Notes: generated by a model from the sequence alone, not told the origin. Shown: positions 21,169-32,262, counted from the stretch's first letter. The stretch is 64,000 bases of DNA from Roseovarius sp. (GCA_965207105.1 CBDBLS010000043.1:30318-94317), one strand, 5' to 3'. Program-made: numbers and translations.

Positions 21169-22085
21169 GCACCAAGACCCCGCTTCCCACCGGGCAAGAG
21201 GCCATCGCCGTGAAAGGCTGGATTGGCGCGCATCGCTACCTGCTGCTGCGTCGCACCTCGCAACTGTTCTTTCTGGGCCTGTTTCTGCTGGGCCCGTGGG
21301 CCGGTATCTGGTGGGTCAAAGGCAATCTGGCGGGATCGATGACCTTCGATTTCCTGCCCCTGACCGATCCGATGATCCTGCTGCAAACCACCCTTGCCGG
21401 GCATATCCCGGAACTGACCGCCATTATCGGCGCGCTGATCATACTGGCAGCCTATGCCCTGATTGGCGGGCGGGTGTATTGCAGCTGGGTCTGCCCGATC
21501 AACCCGGTCACGGATGCTGCCCATTGGGTACATGTGAAGCTGGGCATGCCCAAAGGCTGGCAGCCCAAACGCAGCACCCGCTATTGGATTTTGGGCATGC
21601 TTCTGGTCGTCTCGGCAATCACCGGTACCGTCGCCTAGGAGGCGCTCAACCCCGTCACAATGGTGCATCGCGGGTTGGTCTTTGGCCTTGGCCTTGCCTG
21701 GGTGATCATTCTGGCGGTCTTTGTCTTTGACGTCTTTGCCGCGCGGCGCGGATGGTGTTCGCATCTCTGCCCGGTGGGGGCGTTTTATGGCTTGCTGGGA
21801 CAAAAGCAACTGCTGCGGGTCAGCGCGCCGAACCGGGCGGCGTGCGATGATTGCATGGATTGCTTTGCCGTCTGCCCCGAAATGCATGTGATCACCCCGG
21901 CCCTGCGCGGTGGGGATGATGACACCCCGCTGATCCTCAGCCCCGATTGCACCAATTGCGGGCGCTGCATCGATGTCTGTTCCGTCGATGTCTTCGCCTT
22001 CACCCACCGTTTTGACACTTCGCCAGCGCCAGGCCGCGTCGCGCCGACCCGTTCTGACACTTCCAAGGCCACAAAGGCGGCCTGA
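21165..22085 (+). pseudogene. napH: Quinol dehydrogenase membrane subunit, in-frame TAG at 21636-21638
   Basis: GRVYCSWVCP, VA*EALNP, GWCSHLCPVG, CDDCMDC. Confidence 0.9.
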
Positions 22086-22107
22086 CCCATCAACAGGAGA
22101 CGCTCCA

Positions 22108-22537
22108 ATGAAGAAAAGCGCCAGCATCATCGCCATCGCCTCGTTGCTTGTAGCAACCGTCGCGATTGCCCAATCCGCCGATACCGGGGTGACCACCCTG
22201 CGCAACGGCGACCTGGATGGCTCGGTTCCGCTTGAGAACATGTACAAGCAGGACGAACAACGTTTTGTGCGCAACTATCGCCAGCAACCGCCCCTGGTAG
22301 CCCCATGCGGTGGATCAGTATCAGGTCGATCTCAAGGCCAACCGCTGTCTTAGCTGCCATGACTGGAGCAATGCAGGCCAGCGTAACGCCGCCACCCTGT
22401 CGATGACCCACTATCTGGACCGCGATGGCAATCAGCTGGACGTGGTCGTCGGCACCCGCTGGTTCTGCAGCCAATGCCATGTCCCTCAGGTGGATGCCCC
22501 TGCCCTGATCGACAACGAATTTACCCCCTCGCACTAA
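22108..22537 (+). pseudogene. napB: Diheme cytochrome c NapB, +1 frameshift near 22299
   Basis: RNYRQQPPLV then shifted PHAVDQYQV; CLSCH and CSQCH. Confidence 0.9.
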
Positions 22538-22567
22538 GTGTGGGACGCATAAAAGAAGACGCCGATT

Positions 22568-23263
22568 ATGTCTGCTGAAAATCCCGGTTTCATTCGCCGC
22601 CTGTGGCGGTCTTTCAGGTCCCCGACCGGGGCCTTCTCGCTCGGCTCTCTGCTGATCGTCGGCTTTGTGGTCGGGGTTGTGTTCTGGGGCGGGTTCCACA
22701 CGGCGATGGAGGCCACCAACACCGAAAAATTCTGCATCTCCTGTCACGAGATGAAGGAAAACGTCTACGCCGAATATCAGGGCACAGTGCACCAGAACAA
22801 CCATTCCGGCGTGCGCGCCACCTGTCCGGATTGTCACGTACCCAAGGCCTGGGGGGCCAAGGTGATCCGCAAAATCCAAGCCACCAAAGAACTATACGGC
22901 CATTTCATCGATATCATCGACACGCCCGAGAAGTTCGAAGCGCACCGGCTGGATATGGCCACCCGGGTCTGGGCCTCGATGAAGCGCACGGACAGTCGCG
23001 AATGCCGCAACTGCCACAACTTTGAATATATGGACCTGACCCAGCAGGAAAGCCGTGCATCTGACAACCACCAACGCGGGTTTGACGCTGGCCAGACCTG
23101 CATTGATTGCCACCAGGGCATCGCGCATGAGCTGCCCGATCAGTGGATGGATGGCTACGAAGGCGTGCTGGACGATCTGGCCAGGGCCGATTTGTTACCG
23201 CCTGTGCCCTCGCATGATGTGGCCGAGGCCGAAGATATCCGCAGCTATGTCGCGGCTGACTGA
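22568..23263 (+). CDS. napC: Tetraheme cytochrome NapC
   Basis: CISCHEM, CPDCH, CRNCH, CIDCH. Confidence 0.95.
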   Translation: MSAENPGFIRRLWRSFRSPTGAFSLGSLLIVGFVVGVVFWGGFHTAMEATNTEKFCISCHEMKENVYAEYQGTVHQNNHSGVRATCPDCHVPKAWGAKVIRKIQATKELYGHFIDIIDTPEKFEAHRLDMATRVWASMKRTDSRECRNCHNFEYMDLTQQESRASDNHQRGFDAGQTCIDCHQGIAHELPDQWMDGYEGVLDDLARADLLPPVPSHDVAEAEDIRSYVAAD

Positions 23264-23292
23264 TTGAGCCTGACAAAACCGGGGCGTAAATC

Positions 23293-23331
23293 AAAAGGGC
23301 CGCGCAGCAGATGCTGGCGCGGCCCTTTTTT
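23293..23331. terminator. Bidirectional rho-independent terminator
   Basis: AAAAGGGCCGCGC...GCGCGGCCCTTTTT. Confidence 0.8.
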
Positions 23332-23340
23332 GTTGCGATC

Positions 23341-25336
23341 TCACAAGGCGCTCAGGATTTTCCCCGATTTTTCGGGCCGCCAAAGCTGCGCTTCTTGCCC
23401 GCCCCGGCCCCGGCACCTGCCGCTTTCGCCGCCGCCTGACGCGCGCGGTTCTTCTTGCTGGAGGGTTTGCCCGCCGGCGGTTTCGCCCCCTTCGGACGCC
23501 CGTCCTGGCCACCCGGGCGCTCGGATTTTCCGGCACCCGATGTACGGGGCCGTCCACGGGTCATCGCCGCTGCCCGCGCGCGGGGCGTCTTTACCGTGTC
23601 TCGGCTTTTTCCCATGCGGGGGTTTCGCGCCGGGTTTGGGTTTTTTCACCCGGGGGGTAGGATCATCGTTCCATTCGACCGGTCTGGTCGTCTCGGAGGC
23701 CTTACCCTTGACCGCCGGGGCCGCGTCTTGTGCGCGCGGCTTGCGCGGTTTTGGCTCCGAAGGTTTGTCGGGCCGCGGGCCGCGATCCAGTTTCGGTGGC
23801 TTGGCCAGACGGGTCAGCGCCGCGCCCTCTTCCAGCGTCATCGCCGGGCCGATAGCCGCCAGAAACCCATCAACCGCCGCCTCGCGCAGCTCGATCAGCG
23901 AGGCATCAGGTTGAATGCGGATCGCGCCGATATCCTCGCGCGATACGTTGCCCATCTTGCACAGCATCGGCAACAGCCTGCGCGGCTCGGCACCCTTCGC
24001 ACGCCCACCGGCCAGCGAAAACCACACGCTAGGGCCAAAGGCCGCGCGCGGTTTGGCCGGTTCATTTACATCCGCAAGCTCTTCGGGCGCGGAATGACGC
24101 TCGCGGTAAAGCCGCAGATAGGCCGCCGCAATCTGCTCGGCGCTGAAACTGTCCATCAGCCGGGCGACCGTGGCGCTGTCGGATTCGGCCACCGGTTCAT
24201 GCCAGTCTGGATTGGCCAGCATGCGATCTTCGTCCTTGGCCGACACCGCCTCGGCCGAAGGTGCTTCGCCCCATTCCGCCGATAACTTGGCCCAGCCCAG
24301 CAACCGCTCGGCCTTGCGCCGCGCGGCGGGGGGGCACGATCATCGCACTCACGCCTTTGCGCCCGGCCCGGCCGGTCCGCCCCGAACGGTGCAGGAGGGT
24401 GTCCTGATTGCTGGGCAGTTCCGCATGGATCACCAGATCAAGATTGGGCAGATCGATCCCGCGCGCTGCCACATCCGTGGCCACACAGACCCGTGCGCGC
24501 CCATCACGCATCGCCTTCAGGGCATGAGTGCGTTCAGACTGAGACAGTTCGCCCGACAGGGCTACAACGGAAAATCCGCGATTGGACAGCCGCGTGGTCA
24601 GCCGGTTCACCATCGCGCGGGTGTTGCAGAACACGATCGCATTGGGGGCCTCGTAAAACCGCAACACGTTGATGATCGCGTTCTCGCCATCGCGGGGCGA
24701 GACCTTGTAGGCGCGGTAATCAATATTGGCGTGTTGCGAGGCACCGCTGGTGGTGGCAATGCGCAGCGCGTCTTTCTGATAGCTTTTCGCCAGTTTGGCG
24801 ATGGCCGCCGGGACGGTGGCGGAAAACAGCAATGTCTGACGGTCCTCTGGGGCGTTTTCCAGAATGAACTCAAGGTCTTCGCGAAAACCCAGATCCAGCA
24901 TCTCATCCGCTTCGTCCAGCACCACGGCCTTCAGCGCGCTCAGATTGATCGACCCGCGCATGATATGATCGCGCAGACGCCCCGGCGTGGCCACGACGAT
25001 GTGGGCACCCCGGCCCAGCGCGCGGCGTTCATCGCGCATGTCCATGCCGCCCACGGTCGAGGCAACAACCGCGCCCGCCTTTTCAAACAGCCAAGCCAGC
25101 TCGCGCGTGGGGGCAATCACCAAGGCCAAAGGGGCGTCAGCCCTGTCAAACACATCGCTGTCGCCCAAAAGCCCCGGCGCAATCGCCAGGCCAAAGCCAA
25201 GGGTCTTGCCCGATCCGGTCTGCGCCGAGACCAACAGGTCCTTGCCCGTGGTTTCAGGGTCGGTCACCGCCTCCTGCACAGCAGTGAGAGTGGTGTATCC
25301 GCGCGCGTCCAGCGCCTCTGCCAAGGTCTTCTTCAC
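23341..25336 (-). pseudogene. DEAD-box RNA helicase (DeaD/CsdA-like) with +1 frameshift in a homopolymer at 24328-24334
   Basis: AQTGSGKT, DEAD, SAT, HRSGRTGR; C-terminal DbpA-type domain in another frame; short deletion after PTRELA. Confidence 0.9.
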
Positions 25337-25477
25337 AGCCGTTCCAAATCCGTCTTGTTATAGGGTGGTCAGCAGGCCCACAGTCGCGGTGCCGGCCGAC
25401 AAGGGGCTGCATCTAGCCCTTTGGCGACGGGATGTACAGGTCTTGCACCTGTGTTTATTGTATTTCGCGCCAGATGA

Positions 25478-27850
25478 TCAGGACGTGAGAGCTGCGCGCA
25501 TTCGCATCCCACCCGGATCAAACACCGCACCATGATAGACAGTGGCCACAAAGAACATACGGGCAATATCGACCTGCACTTTTGTCCCCTCCGGCAGCAT
25601 GTGCCGCAACGGGGCCAGCGCCACCGGATATCCCACGCGATACCCAAAGGCACAGGAACTGGTCTGACCAATGATTTGGCCCTGATGGTATACCGACTCA
25701 TGTCCGATTGGCACTGCACTGACATCGTCAAACACCAATGTGGCTATCTGCGGCGCGCCCCCCTCGGCGCGGCGCGCTTCAACTGCCTCGGCACCGGTAA
25801 ATCCACCCGTGCTGCGCATCGCAAAGCCAAGGCCTGCCTCAATCGGTGAGATGTCGCTGTCCAGTTCATGGCCCATCGCGCGAAAGCCTTTCTCGATGCG
25901 CATCGCAGTTTGTGCGAACAGCCACGCCGGCGGGGCGTTTTCTGTCAGGCAGGTGATCTCCCACCCCGCTTCGCCCACATAAGACAGACGTGCGGCGCGT
26001 ACATATTTGCCCGCGATATAGGCCGGGCCTACCTTGAAGTATCCCAGATCATTCAACTCGGGCGCGCCACACTCAGTGACGACCCGCTCGGCCTCCGGCC
26101 CCATCAGGCCCAGTATGGCGTATCGCCCGGTGCTATCGCTCAGCTTGACATCAAACCCCTCGGCAGCGCGGGCAAACCACGCCATGTCCCGCTTGATCGC
26201 CCCGGTGCCGGTGAACAGGCGATAGTGATCTGGTGCGATCCTTTGGGCGGTGAGATCGCTTTCAAAGGTTCCGCGCGTGTTCAGAACAGCGCTATAGATC
26301 ACCGAGCCGGGCGCGCGGTTCATATGGCCCGAGCAGGTCTGCATCAGGAACGCTTCGGCATTCGGACCCTCAACCTCGATCTTGCCAAAAGAAGAGGCAT
26401 CGAAAATCGCGGCATGATTATGGGCGGCCATCACCTCGGCCTCAACCGCCTCGAACCAGTCAGGACGCGCGAATGTCAGCGCCGGTTCATCCGTTTTGCC
26501 AAAATAAAGCGGACGCTCCCAACCATAGAACTGGCCCATATGCGCGCGCGCCCTGCGATATTCGGCGTCAAGCGGCAAGGCGCGCAAATCCCGCGCAGTG
26601 CTGAGTTGCTTGCCCGGATAGGCAATGTCGTAATGGGTGCCCAGAATTTCGGGCGCGCGCGCCATCAGGTGCTGAACCGAGTTGAACACCGGCGCAAAGC
26701 GTTTGGCATCCGCCTCGGACAGATCATAGGCGGTGTGACCATGGACGATGGCATGAGCAAGGTTCATCCCCGCTCCGCCGCCCGAGGCCATGCCGACAGA
26801 GTTCATCCCACAACCCAGATAAAGCCCGCGCGTTTCTGCCGTCTCGCCCAGCATGAATGTGCCGTCGGGGGTAAAGCTTTCGGGACCGTTCAGCAGCATT
26901 TTCACCTCGGCGGTTTCCAGCGGTGGCAGGCGATGCAGGGCCAGTTCCATCATCGGCTCAAAATGATCCCAATCCTCGGGCAGTAGGCCAAATTCAAAAC
27001 TGTCATCCAGCACACCGGGCGCAATCGGTTTGCCTAAAGGCTCAAAACACCCCACCAGCAATCCACCGGAATCATCGCGGATATAGAGGTGGCTGTCATG
27101 ATCGCTGAGCGTGGGCATATTGCCGGTGATCCCCTCGATCGGCTTGGTCAGCAGGTAGAAATGTTCGCAGGCCAGTGCGGGCACATCTGCCCCGGCCATC
27201 GCGCCCACCTCGCGCGACCACAGGCCAGTACACAGCGCCACAGCCTCGCAACGGATCACCCCTTGGGAGGTTTCCACCCCACGAATGCGCCCACTTTCCG
27301 TGAGAATGCCAATCACGCCCGTCTGCTCAAACAGGCGCGCACCACGGGCCTTGGCGCCTTTCACCAAGGCAGTACAGACATCCGAGGGAGAGACCCGCCC
27401 GTCCTCCGGCGACCAGACCGCGCCCAGCACGTCACTGCCATTCATCAGCGGCCAGTGTTCTTGCGCCTCACCCGCCGTGATCGAGCGGGCATCAATACCA
27501 TAGGCATGGGCCAGCGCCTCTTGCCGTTGGATATGGATCAGCCGGTCAGGCGTGGTGGCGATGGACAGCGATCCTTTCTGGATCCAGCCCACGGATTGCC
27601 CGGTCTCGGCCTCTAGCTGGCTATAAAGATCCACGGAATACTGGATCATCCGGGTCAGGTTGTGCGAATGGCGCAGCGCCCGCACCTGTGCCGCAGAATG
27701 CCATGTGGTGCCGCTGGTCAACCGGTTGCGTTCCAGCAGTACCGCATCGGCGACGCCCATCTTCGCCAGATGATAGAGGGTCGAGCAGCCCATGATACCG
27801 CCCCCGATCACAACAACCGAGGCGTGGGAAGGAAGAGATGTATCGATCAT
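25478..27850 (-). CDS. FAD-dependent GcvT-family oxidoreductase (sarcosine/dimethylglycine dehydrogenase-like)
   Basis: VIGGGIMG, SGTTWHSA, NGPESFTPD, SYVGEAGWE, MRIEKGF; ~10-aa gap suspected before AQTAMRIEKG. Confidence 0.88.
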   Translation of the reverse strand: MIDTSLPSHASVVVIGGGIMGCSTLYHLAKMGVADAVLLERNRLTSGTTWHSAAQVRALRHSHNLTRMIQYSVDLYSQLEAETGQSVGWIQKGSLSIATTPDRLIHIQRQEALAHAYGIDARSITAGEAQEHWPLMNGSDVLGAVWSPEDGRVSPSDVCTALVKGAKARGARLFEQTGVIGILTESGRIRGVETSQGVIRCEAVALCTGLWSREVGAMAGADVPALACEHFYLLTKPIEGITGNMPTLSDHDSHLYIRDDSGGLLVGCFEPLGKPIAPGVLDDSFEFGLLPEDWDHFEPMMELALHRLPPLETAEVKMLLNGPESFTPDGTFMLGETAETRGLYLGCGMNSVGMASGGGAGMNLAHAIVHGHTAYDLSEADAKRFAPVFNSVQHLMARAPEILGTHYDIAYPGKQLSTARDLRALPLDAEYRRARAHMGQFYGWERPLYFGKTDEPALTFARPDWFEAVEAEVMAAHNHAAIFDASSFGKIEVEGPNAEAFLMQTCSGHMNRAPGSVIYSAVLNTRGTFESDLTAQRIAPDHYRLFTGTGAIKRDMAWFARAAEGFDVKLSDSTGRYAILGLMGPEAERVVTECGAPELNDLGYFKVGPAYIAGKYVRAARLSYVGEAGWEITCLTENAPPAWLFAQTAMRIEKGFRAMGHELDSDISPIEAGLGFAMRSTGGFTGAEAVEARRAEGGAPQIATLVFDDVSAVPIGHESVYHQGQIIGQTSSCAFGYRVGYPVALAPLRHMLPEGTKVQVDIARMFFVATVYHGAVFDPGGMRMRAALTS

Positions 27851-27971
27851 GAGTTCACCCGGCTTGACCTGCGCTGTTTCATATGTTTCAATTTTCTAGG
27901 CTCAATTAGCATTTATTATGCGTGGCGACCTGTGATAGAACACACCATGAACAAAATTATGGGTGCGGCAC

Positions 27972-28931
27972 ATGGATCATCAGGCTTTTTTGGTGTGGCT
28001 TAACGAGATCGACAACCTTTCATCGAAACAACGGGCTGAAACCGGACGGCTCGTTGCCGGGGTATCGTCGCTGGAAAGCGTGATCGATCTCCCTGAGGCG
28101 AATGTTCGCGAGGGGCGTATCTGTCCGCACTGTGCTTCGGGCGGTGCGATCATCAGGGGCCATGCAAGTGGCCTGGCGAGGTTCTTTTGCAAAGGCTGTC
28201 GCAAAACCTTCAACGCGCTGACCGGGACGCCGCCTGCCCGCTTGCGCCACAGGGACAGATGGGCAGGGTTCGCAGCTTCCCTGCGCGACGGCGAAACGGT
28301 AAAGGCGTCCGCTGAGCGTTGTATGGTGGCCGACACCACAGCTTTTCGTTGGCGTCATCGCTTTCTTCAGGCTGTAACGGTCGGTGCGGTCAAGCTGTGC
28401 GGGATCGTCGAAGCCGACGAGACGTTCTTTCCGCGCAGCCGGAAAGGGGAGCGTAATCTCTCTCGAAAAGCCCGCAAACGCGGGGGAAAGGCCTCAAAAC
28501 GCGGATTGTCGAAGGAGCAGGTTCCGGTCCTCGTTGCGGTCGACCGATCAGGCACCACCATCAGTGCTGTCTTGCCTGCGGTGACAGCCGAACATCTCAA
28601 AACGGTTCTGCAGCCACGTCTTGATGGGGACGCTCTCCTGGTGACCGATGGCTGCACCGGGTACCCGCCCTGCGCCGCAGAAATGGGCGTCAGCCATGAA
28701 AGTCTCAACCGGACCGCCGGAGAACGTGTCCGTGGTGAATTGCACATTCAAACCGTGAACAGTCGGCATGAGCGGTTAAAGACCTTTCCGCGCCGCCATC
28801 GGGGTATCGCAACCAAATACCTGGACAGCTGCCTTCGGTGGTTCCACCTTGCCGTCCTTCCGAGCCACCAAACGCCGCGCGCGATACTTGCCGCAGCAGC
28901 AGGCATCCTGCCTGTAATACGCCACGCATAA
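27972..28931 (+). CDS. IS1595-family transposase
   Basis: CPHC...CKGC zinc ribbon, VEADETFF, LVTDG, HIQTVNS, GIATKYL. Confidence 0.9.
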   Translation: MDHQAFLVWLNEIDNLSSKQRAETGRLVAGVSSLESVIDLPEANVREGRICPHCASGGAIIRGHASGLARFFCKGCRKTFNALTGTPPARLRHRDRWAGFAASLRDGETVKASAERCMVADTTAFRWRHRFLQAVTVGAVKLCGIVEADETFFPRSRKGERNLSRKARKRGGKASKRGLSKEQVPVLVAVDRSGTTISAVLPAVTAEHLKTVLQPRLDGDALLVTDGCTGYPPCAAEMGVSHESLNRTAGERVRGELHIQTVNSRHERLKTFPRRHRGIATKYLDSCLRWFHLAVLPSHQTPRAILAAAAGILPVIRHA

Positions 28932-28940
28932 TCAATGCTA

Positions 28941-30080
28941 TACCGGAGCTACGCCAAAACCCGAAACTTCTCATGAGTTATGACGCGAAAATTGTCTGAG
29001 ACTTGGCTTCGGAATGTTTTCCACTCGTTTGGTATGGTTACGCGGAAGAACTTCAGGATTGCATTCGCAAACTGTTTTTGGGTTGGGTAATGATGATTGT
29101 GCGTCACGAACTGGTGCATGACAGCCCATAATCGTTCAATGGGGTTCAGGTGCGGGCAGTATGGCGGCAACTGGATAAGGTGGATGCGGCAATCTGGCCT
29201 TGCGAGAAACGCCCTGACATCCGGCCCTTTGTGATAGGGCGCGTTGTCCCAGATGACGTGGATTAATCGCTTGTCGGGGTTGCGCGTTTCAATCTTGGCT
29301 AGAAGCTGCGTGGCACTGACACCGTCGACGGTGGTTGGCTCGACAAAGGGCGCGTCGAAGGTTTCAAGGTTGAGCCCGCCATGGATATTCACACGGCCTC
29401 GCCCAGCAGTGGTCGGGACTGCGGGGTTTGAGCCTGCCTTCACCCAGCCATATGCAGGCTTTGTCTGATATTCTGGGTGGACGGCATCAGCGAAATAAAC
29501 GGCTTCATCAGCGCCAAGCTCGGTCATCAACCGCTCGTACATCGTAATGAAGCTGGCCTGTTTCTCGACAGATACACCCCGTGGCAGGGCCTTGGGTTTG
29601 CGATACTCAAACCCGAGCCGGGCAAGAAGCTTGATGCAGCCAGAATGCGAGTAGCGCAGGCCAAATTCTGTTGAAATATGGGCTCTTATCTCAACTGTCG
29701 AACGGCAGAAGCGACCGTTCAGCCAATCGCATAATGCAGCCTCTTGATCTGGGGCCATACGAGATTGACCCCCTTTCCAGCCATCGGCGGCAAGCGCGTC
29801 CCAGCCGCTTTCACGGTAGGTTTTGTGCCAGCCACGAATGGTGTCGTCGTCCAAATATAGAAATTCCGCGATTACTTGACAGGACTTCCCGTCATCCAGC
29901 AAAAGGAGCGCATTTGCACGCCGTGCAATCCCATGATCTTCGCGTTGACTGCGCACACAGGACTCAAGCTCAAGGCGCTCCGTGGGAGAAAGAAAGTTGG
30001 GACGGATCATGCGGCTAGCTGAATCGTTCTACGGTCAGACGTCAACCCGTCAAAAGTCGGGTGCTCGAGGACTCTGTGTA
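28941..30080 (-). mobile_element. IS630 isoform B, copy 2 (CDS 28949..30010)
   Basis: Reverse copy of 11003-12142; TA duplication. Confidence 0.92.
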
Positions 30081-30425
30081 TAATTGAGCCATTTTCTATG
30101 TTTGGAAAAAAATGCAACAGAGTCCAGCAGTGACATCGCAAACGGTGCTGGACCGGTTCACAGCCGATACGCTGAGATCGCTCAGTCCGCAGCTGCGCAA
30201 GGCTGCGCGATATGTGGTCGAACATCCGGGCGAAGTGGCCACACGCTCGCAACGCCATGTGGCGCGCACCGCCAAATTGTCGGCGCCGACCTTCACACGG
30301 CTGGAGCATGCCATTGGCTATGACAGCTATGATGAGCTGCGTGATCTGTGCCGCGCCGAGGTGATGCAGCCACGCACATCCCTTGCCGAGAAGGCGCAGA
30401 CGCTGGTTGAAAGTATCCGTCTTGA

Positions 30426-31358
30426 TCAAGGAGAATTTTGCGACCATTCGCGGTCAGCCTTGACAAGCGCATTTGCCATCTCGATCAGTTTTCTCATGAG
30501 CGCGGTGAGAGCGACTTTGGCAGGCTTCCCGGCTGCCATCATGGCCTGGTATTTCCTTGCGAGGTCAGGGTTGTGGCGTGCCGCGACGAGAGCCGGCATG
30601 TAAAGAGCGTCGCGCAGGAATTTACGACCGCCCTGAATGAAGGCCTTGCCGCGCCATTGCCCGGACTGTCGCGTCATGGGTGCGGGGCCCGCCGGACTGG
30701 CTGCCTTCCTGCGGTCCAGTGTTCCAATCTCTGGAAATTCGACCAGGATGGCGACGGCAGCGACCTCGCCGATGCCGGGAATGGAGCGGAGAATATCATG
30801 TGCGCGCGCCCTTTTCCGACAATCACGCAGACGCGTCCCGAGTTCATCGTCAAGATCTGCGATCTGGCGTTTGACCTGCGTCAGGCGTGGTTTTGTCTGG
30901 CGGCGTGTGAACGCCAGAGTCTGTGTTTTCACACGGTTCAACAGCCGGGTTCTGTCCTTGACCAGGGCCATCCGCGCGATCTGCAACTCTTTGAGTTCAC
31001 GTTCATTCCTGTTGTAAGGCCTGTCCGGTACCGGATCGAACGCCGAACCCATCGTGGCCAGGATGCGCGCGTCAACGGCATCTGTTTTGGCACGCGTTCC
31101 ATGCGCCTGGGCAAAGCGGCGGGCCTGTAGTGGATTGATCTTCACCAGAGGCAATTTGCCCGGGAACGTCTTCTCGAAGGAGGCATGGTAAGCACCCGTT
31201 GGTTCAAAGACCACGATTTGTGGCTGTTCGCTCCCGATCCAGCGCCTGAGCGCGCGAAAGCCGGAAGCGGTGTTGTCGAATTGGGCATGTTGTCCTGTCT
31301 TGATCCGATGCACATCCAAATGCGCTTTGGAGATGTCGATCCCGATGCTGTCCTTCAT
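30426..31358 (-). CDS. IS110-family recombinase (ASPAGPAP for expected ASLAGLAP)
   Basis: GIDISK, VFEPTG, KTDAVDA, IPGIG, RQSG. Confidence 0.92.
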   Translation of the reverse strand: MKDSIGIDISKAHLDVHRIKTGQHAQFDNTASGFRALRRWIGSEQPQIVVFEPTGAYHASFEKTFPGKLPLVKINPLQARRFAQAHGTRAKTDAVDARILATMGSAFDPVPDRPYNRNERELKELQIARMALVKDRTRLLNRVKTQTLAFTRRQTKPRLTQVKRQIADLDDELGTRLRDCRKRARAHDILRSIPGIGEVAAVAILVEFPEIGTLDRRKAASPAGPAPMTRQSGQWRGKAFIQGGRKFLRDALYMPALVAARHNPDLARKYQAMMAAGKPAKVALTALMRKLIEMANALVKADREWSQNSP

Positions 31359-31364
31359 TATCTT

Positions 31365-31540
31365 CGATGTCCTGTGCCTGTCGTGCAGAGCCAGCAGCTG
31401 CTGCGTATCCGTTCAGGCCTCATGCGAAGACGGTGGCTGATCAAACTATCAAACGGTTCATTACAACCAGGCCCCTCACGATCCAGCGACCGTCGAAGCC
31501 AGTCACGCCATATATGGCGTGACTGGCTTCGACTCAAACT
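31365..31540 (-). ncRNA. Putative bridge RNA
   Basis: 42-bp perfect palindrome 31492-31533; donor-matching segments ACGGATAC (31405-31412) and GACAGG (31377-31382). Confidence 0.65.
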
Positions 31541-32044
31541 TCGCATGAAACCCGGGGAAAGTCATAAGACAAGCCGTCACGAGAGCTCTGACAAGACCGC
31601 GTTTTTCACCCAGCATGCTCTGGCCGGGGTGCAGAATATCGAAACGTCACTGGGCCATCTGGATCACCCCGATCTGGCCGCACTGGTTACCCGTCTGGCC
31701 AATGCGCGGCGGGTCGTTCTGGTCGGGGTGATGAGTGCGCGCCCGATTTTGGAGTACGCCGCCTATATCGCCAATATGGCGCTGGGGGGCTGGTCCCTGC
31801 TGGGGCGGGATGGCGATGGCGGCGCGGGTATTCTCACCGATCTGGAACCCGAAGACACTGCAGTGGTGTTCAGCATCGCGCCTTATGCAGCCAAAACCGT
31901 CCGGCTGGCAGACCGCCTTAAGGCGGCGGATGTGCCGGTGATCGCGGTGGCGGATAACCACCTTTCCCCCCTGAGCGAAGACGCGCAGCATTGCGTCTAT
32001 CTCAGCACCGCCAGCCCACAGTTTTTCCCATCGCACGTTGCGGC

Positions 32045-32262
32045 GATGGTTTTTTTTGAAGCGGTAATCGGTATGGTTATCAGAGAAAGAGGGGGCGACT
32101 CGCAACAACGCATCGCCCGCGTGGAGCAACAGAACCACGACCTCGCAGAATAGATGGTTTTTTTTGAAGCGGTAATCGGTATGGTTATCAGAGAATTAGA
32201 GGGGGCGACTCGCAACAACGCATCGCCCGCGTGGAGCAACAGAACCACGACCTCGCAGAATA
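32045..32262 (+). repeat. Tandem duplication, 108 bp + 110 bp
   Basis: GATGGTTTTTTTTGAAGC...GCAGAATA repeated; second unit has +TT. Confidence 0.95.

Larger units (their letters stand above)
27899..30090 (+). mobile_element. IS1595-family element copy 1 (IS630 inside its right IR)
   Basis: IR GGCTCAATTAGCATT; 8-bp TSD ATTTTCTA at 27891-27898 and 30091-30098. Confidence 0.92.
30414..31573 (-). mobile_element. IS110-family (IS110-group, long 5' end) element
   Basis: AAG at both junctions (30411-30413, 31571-31573); removal restores rpiR E-S-R-H frame. Confidence 0.88.

Noticed and set aside
14188-21638. Genome-wide TAG recoding
   Set aside because: TAG is the normal stop for M24, the ABC exporter, IS630-B and groEL, and napB has an independent frameshift.
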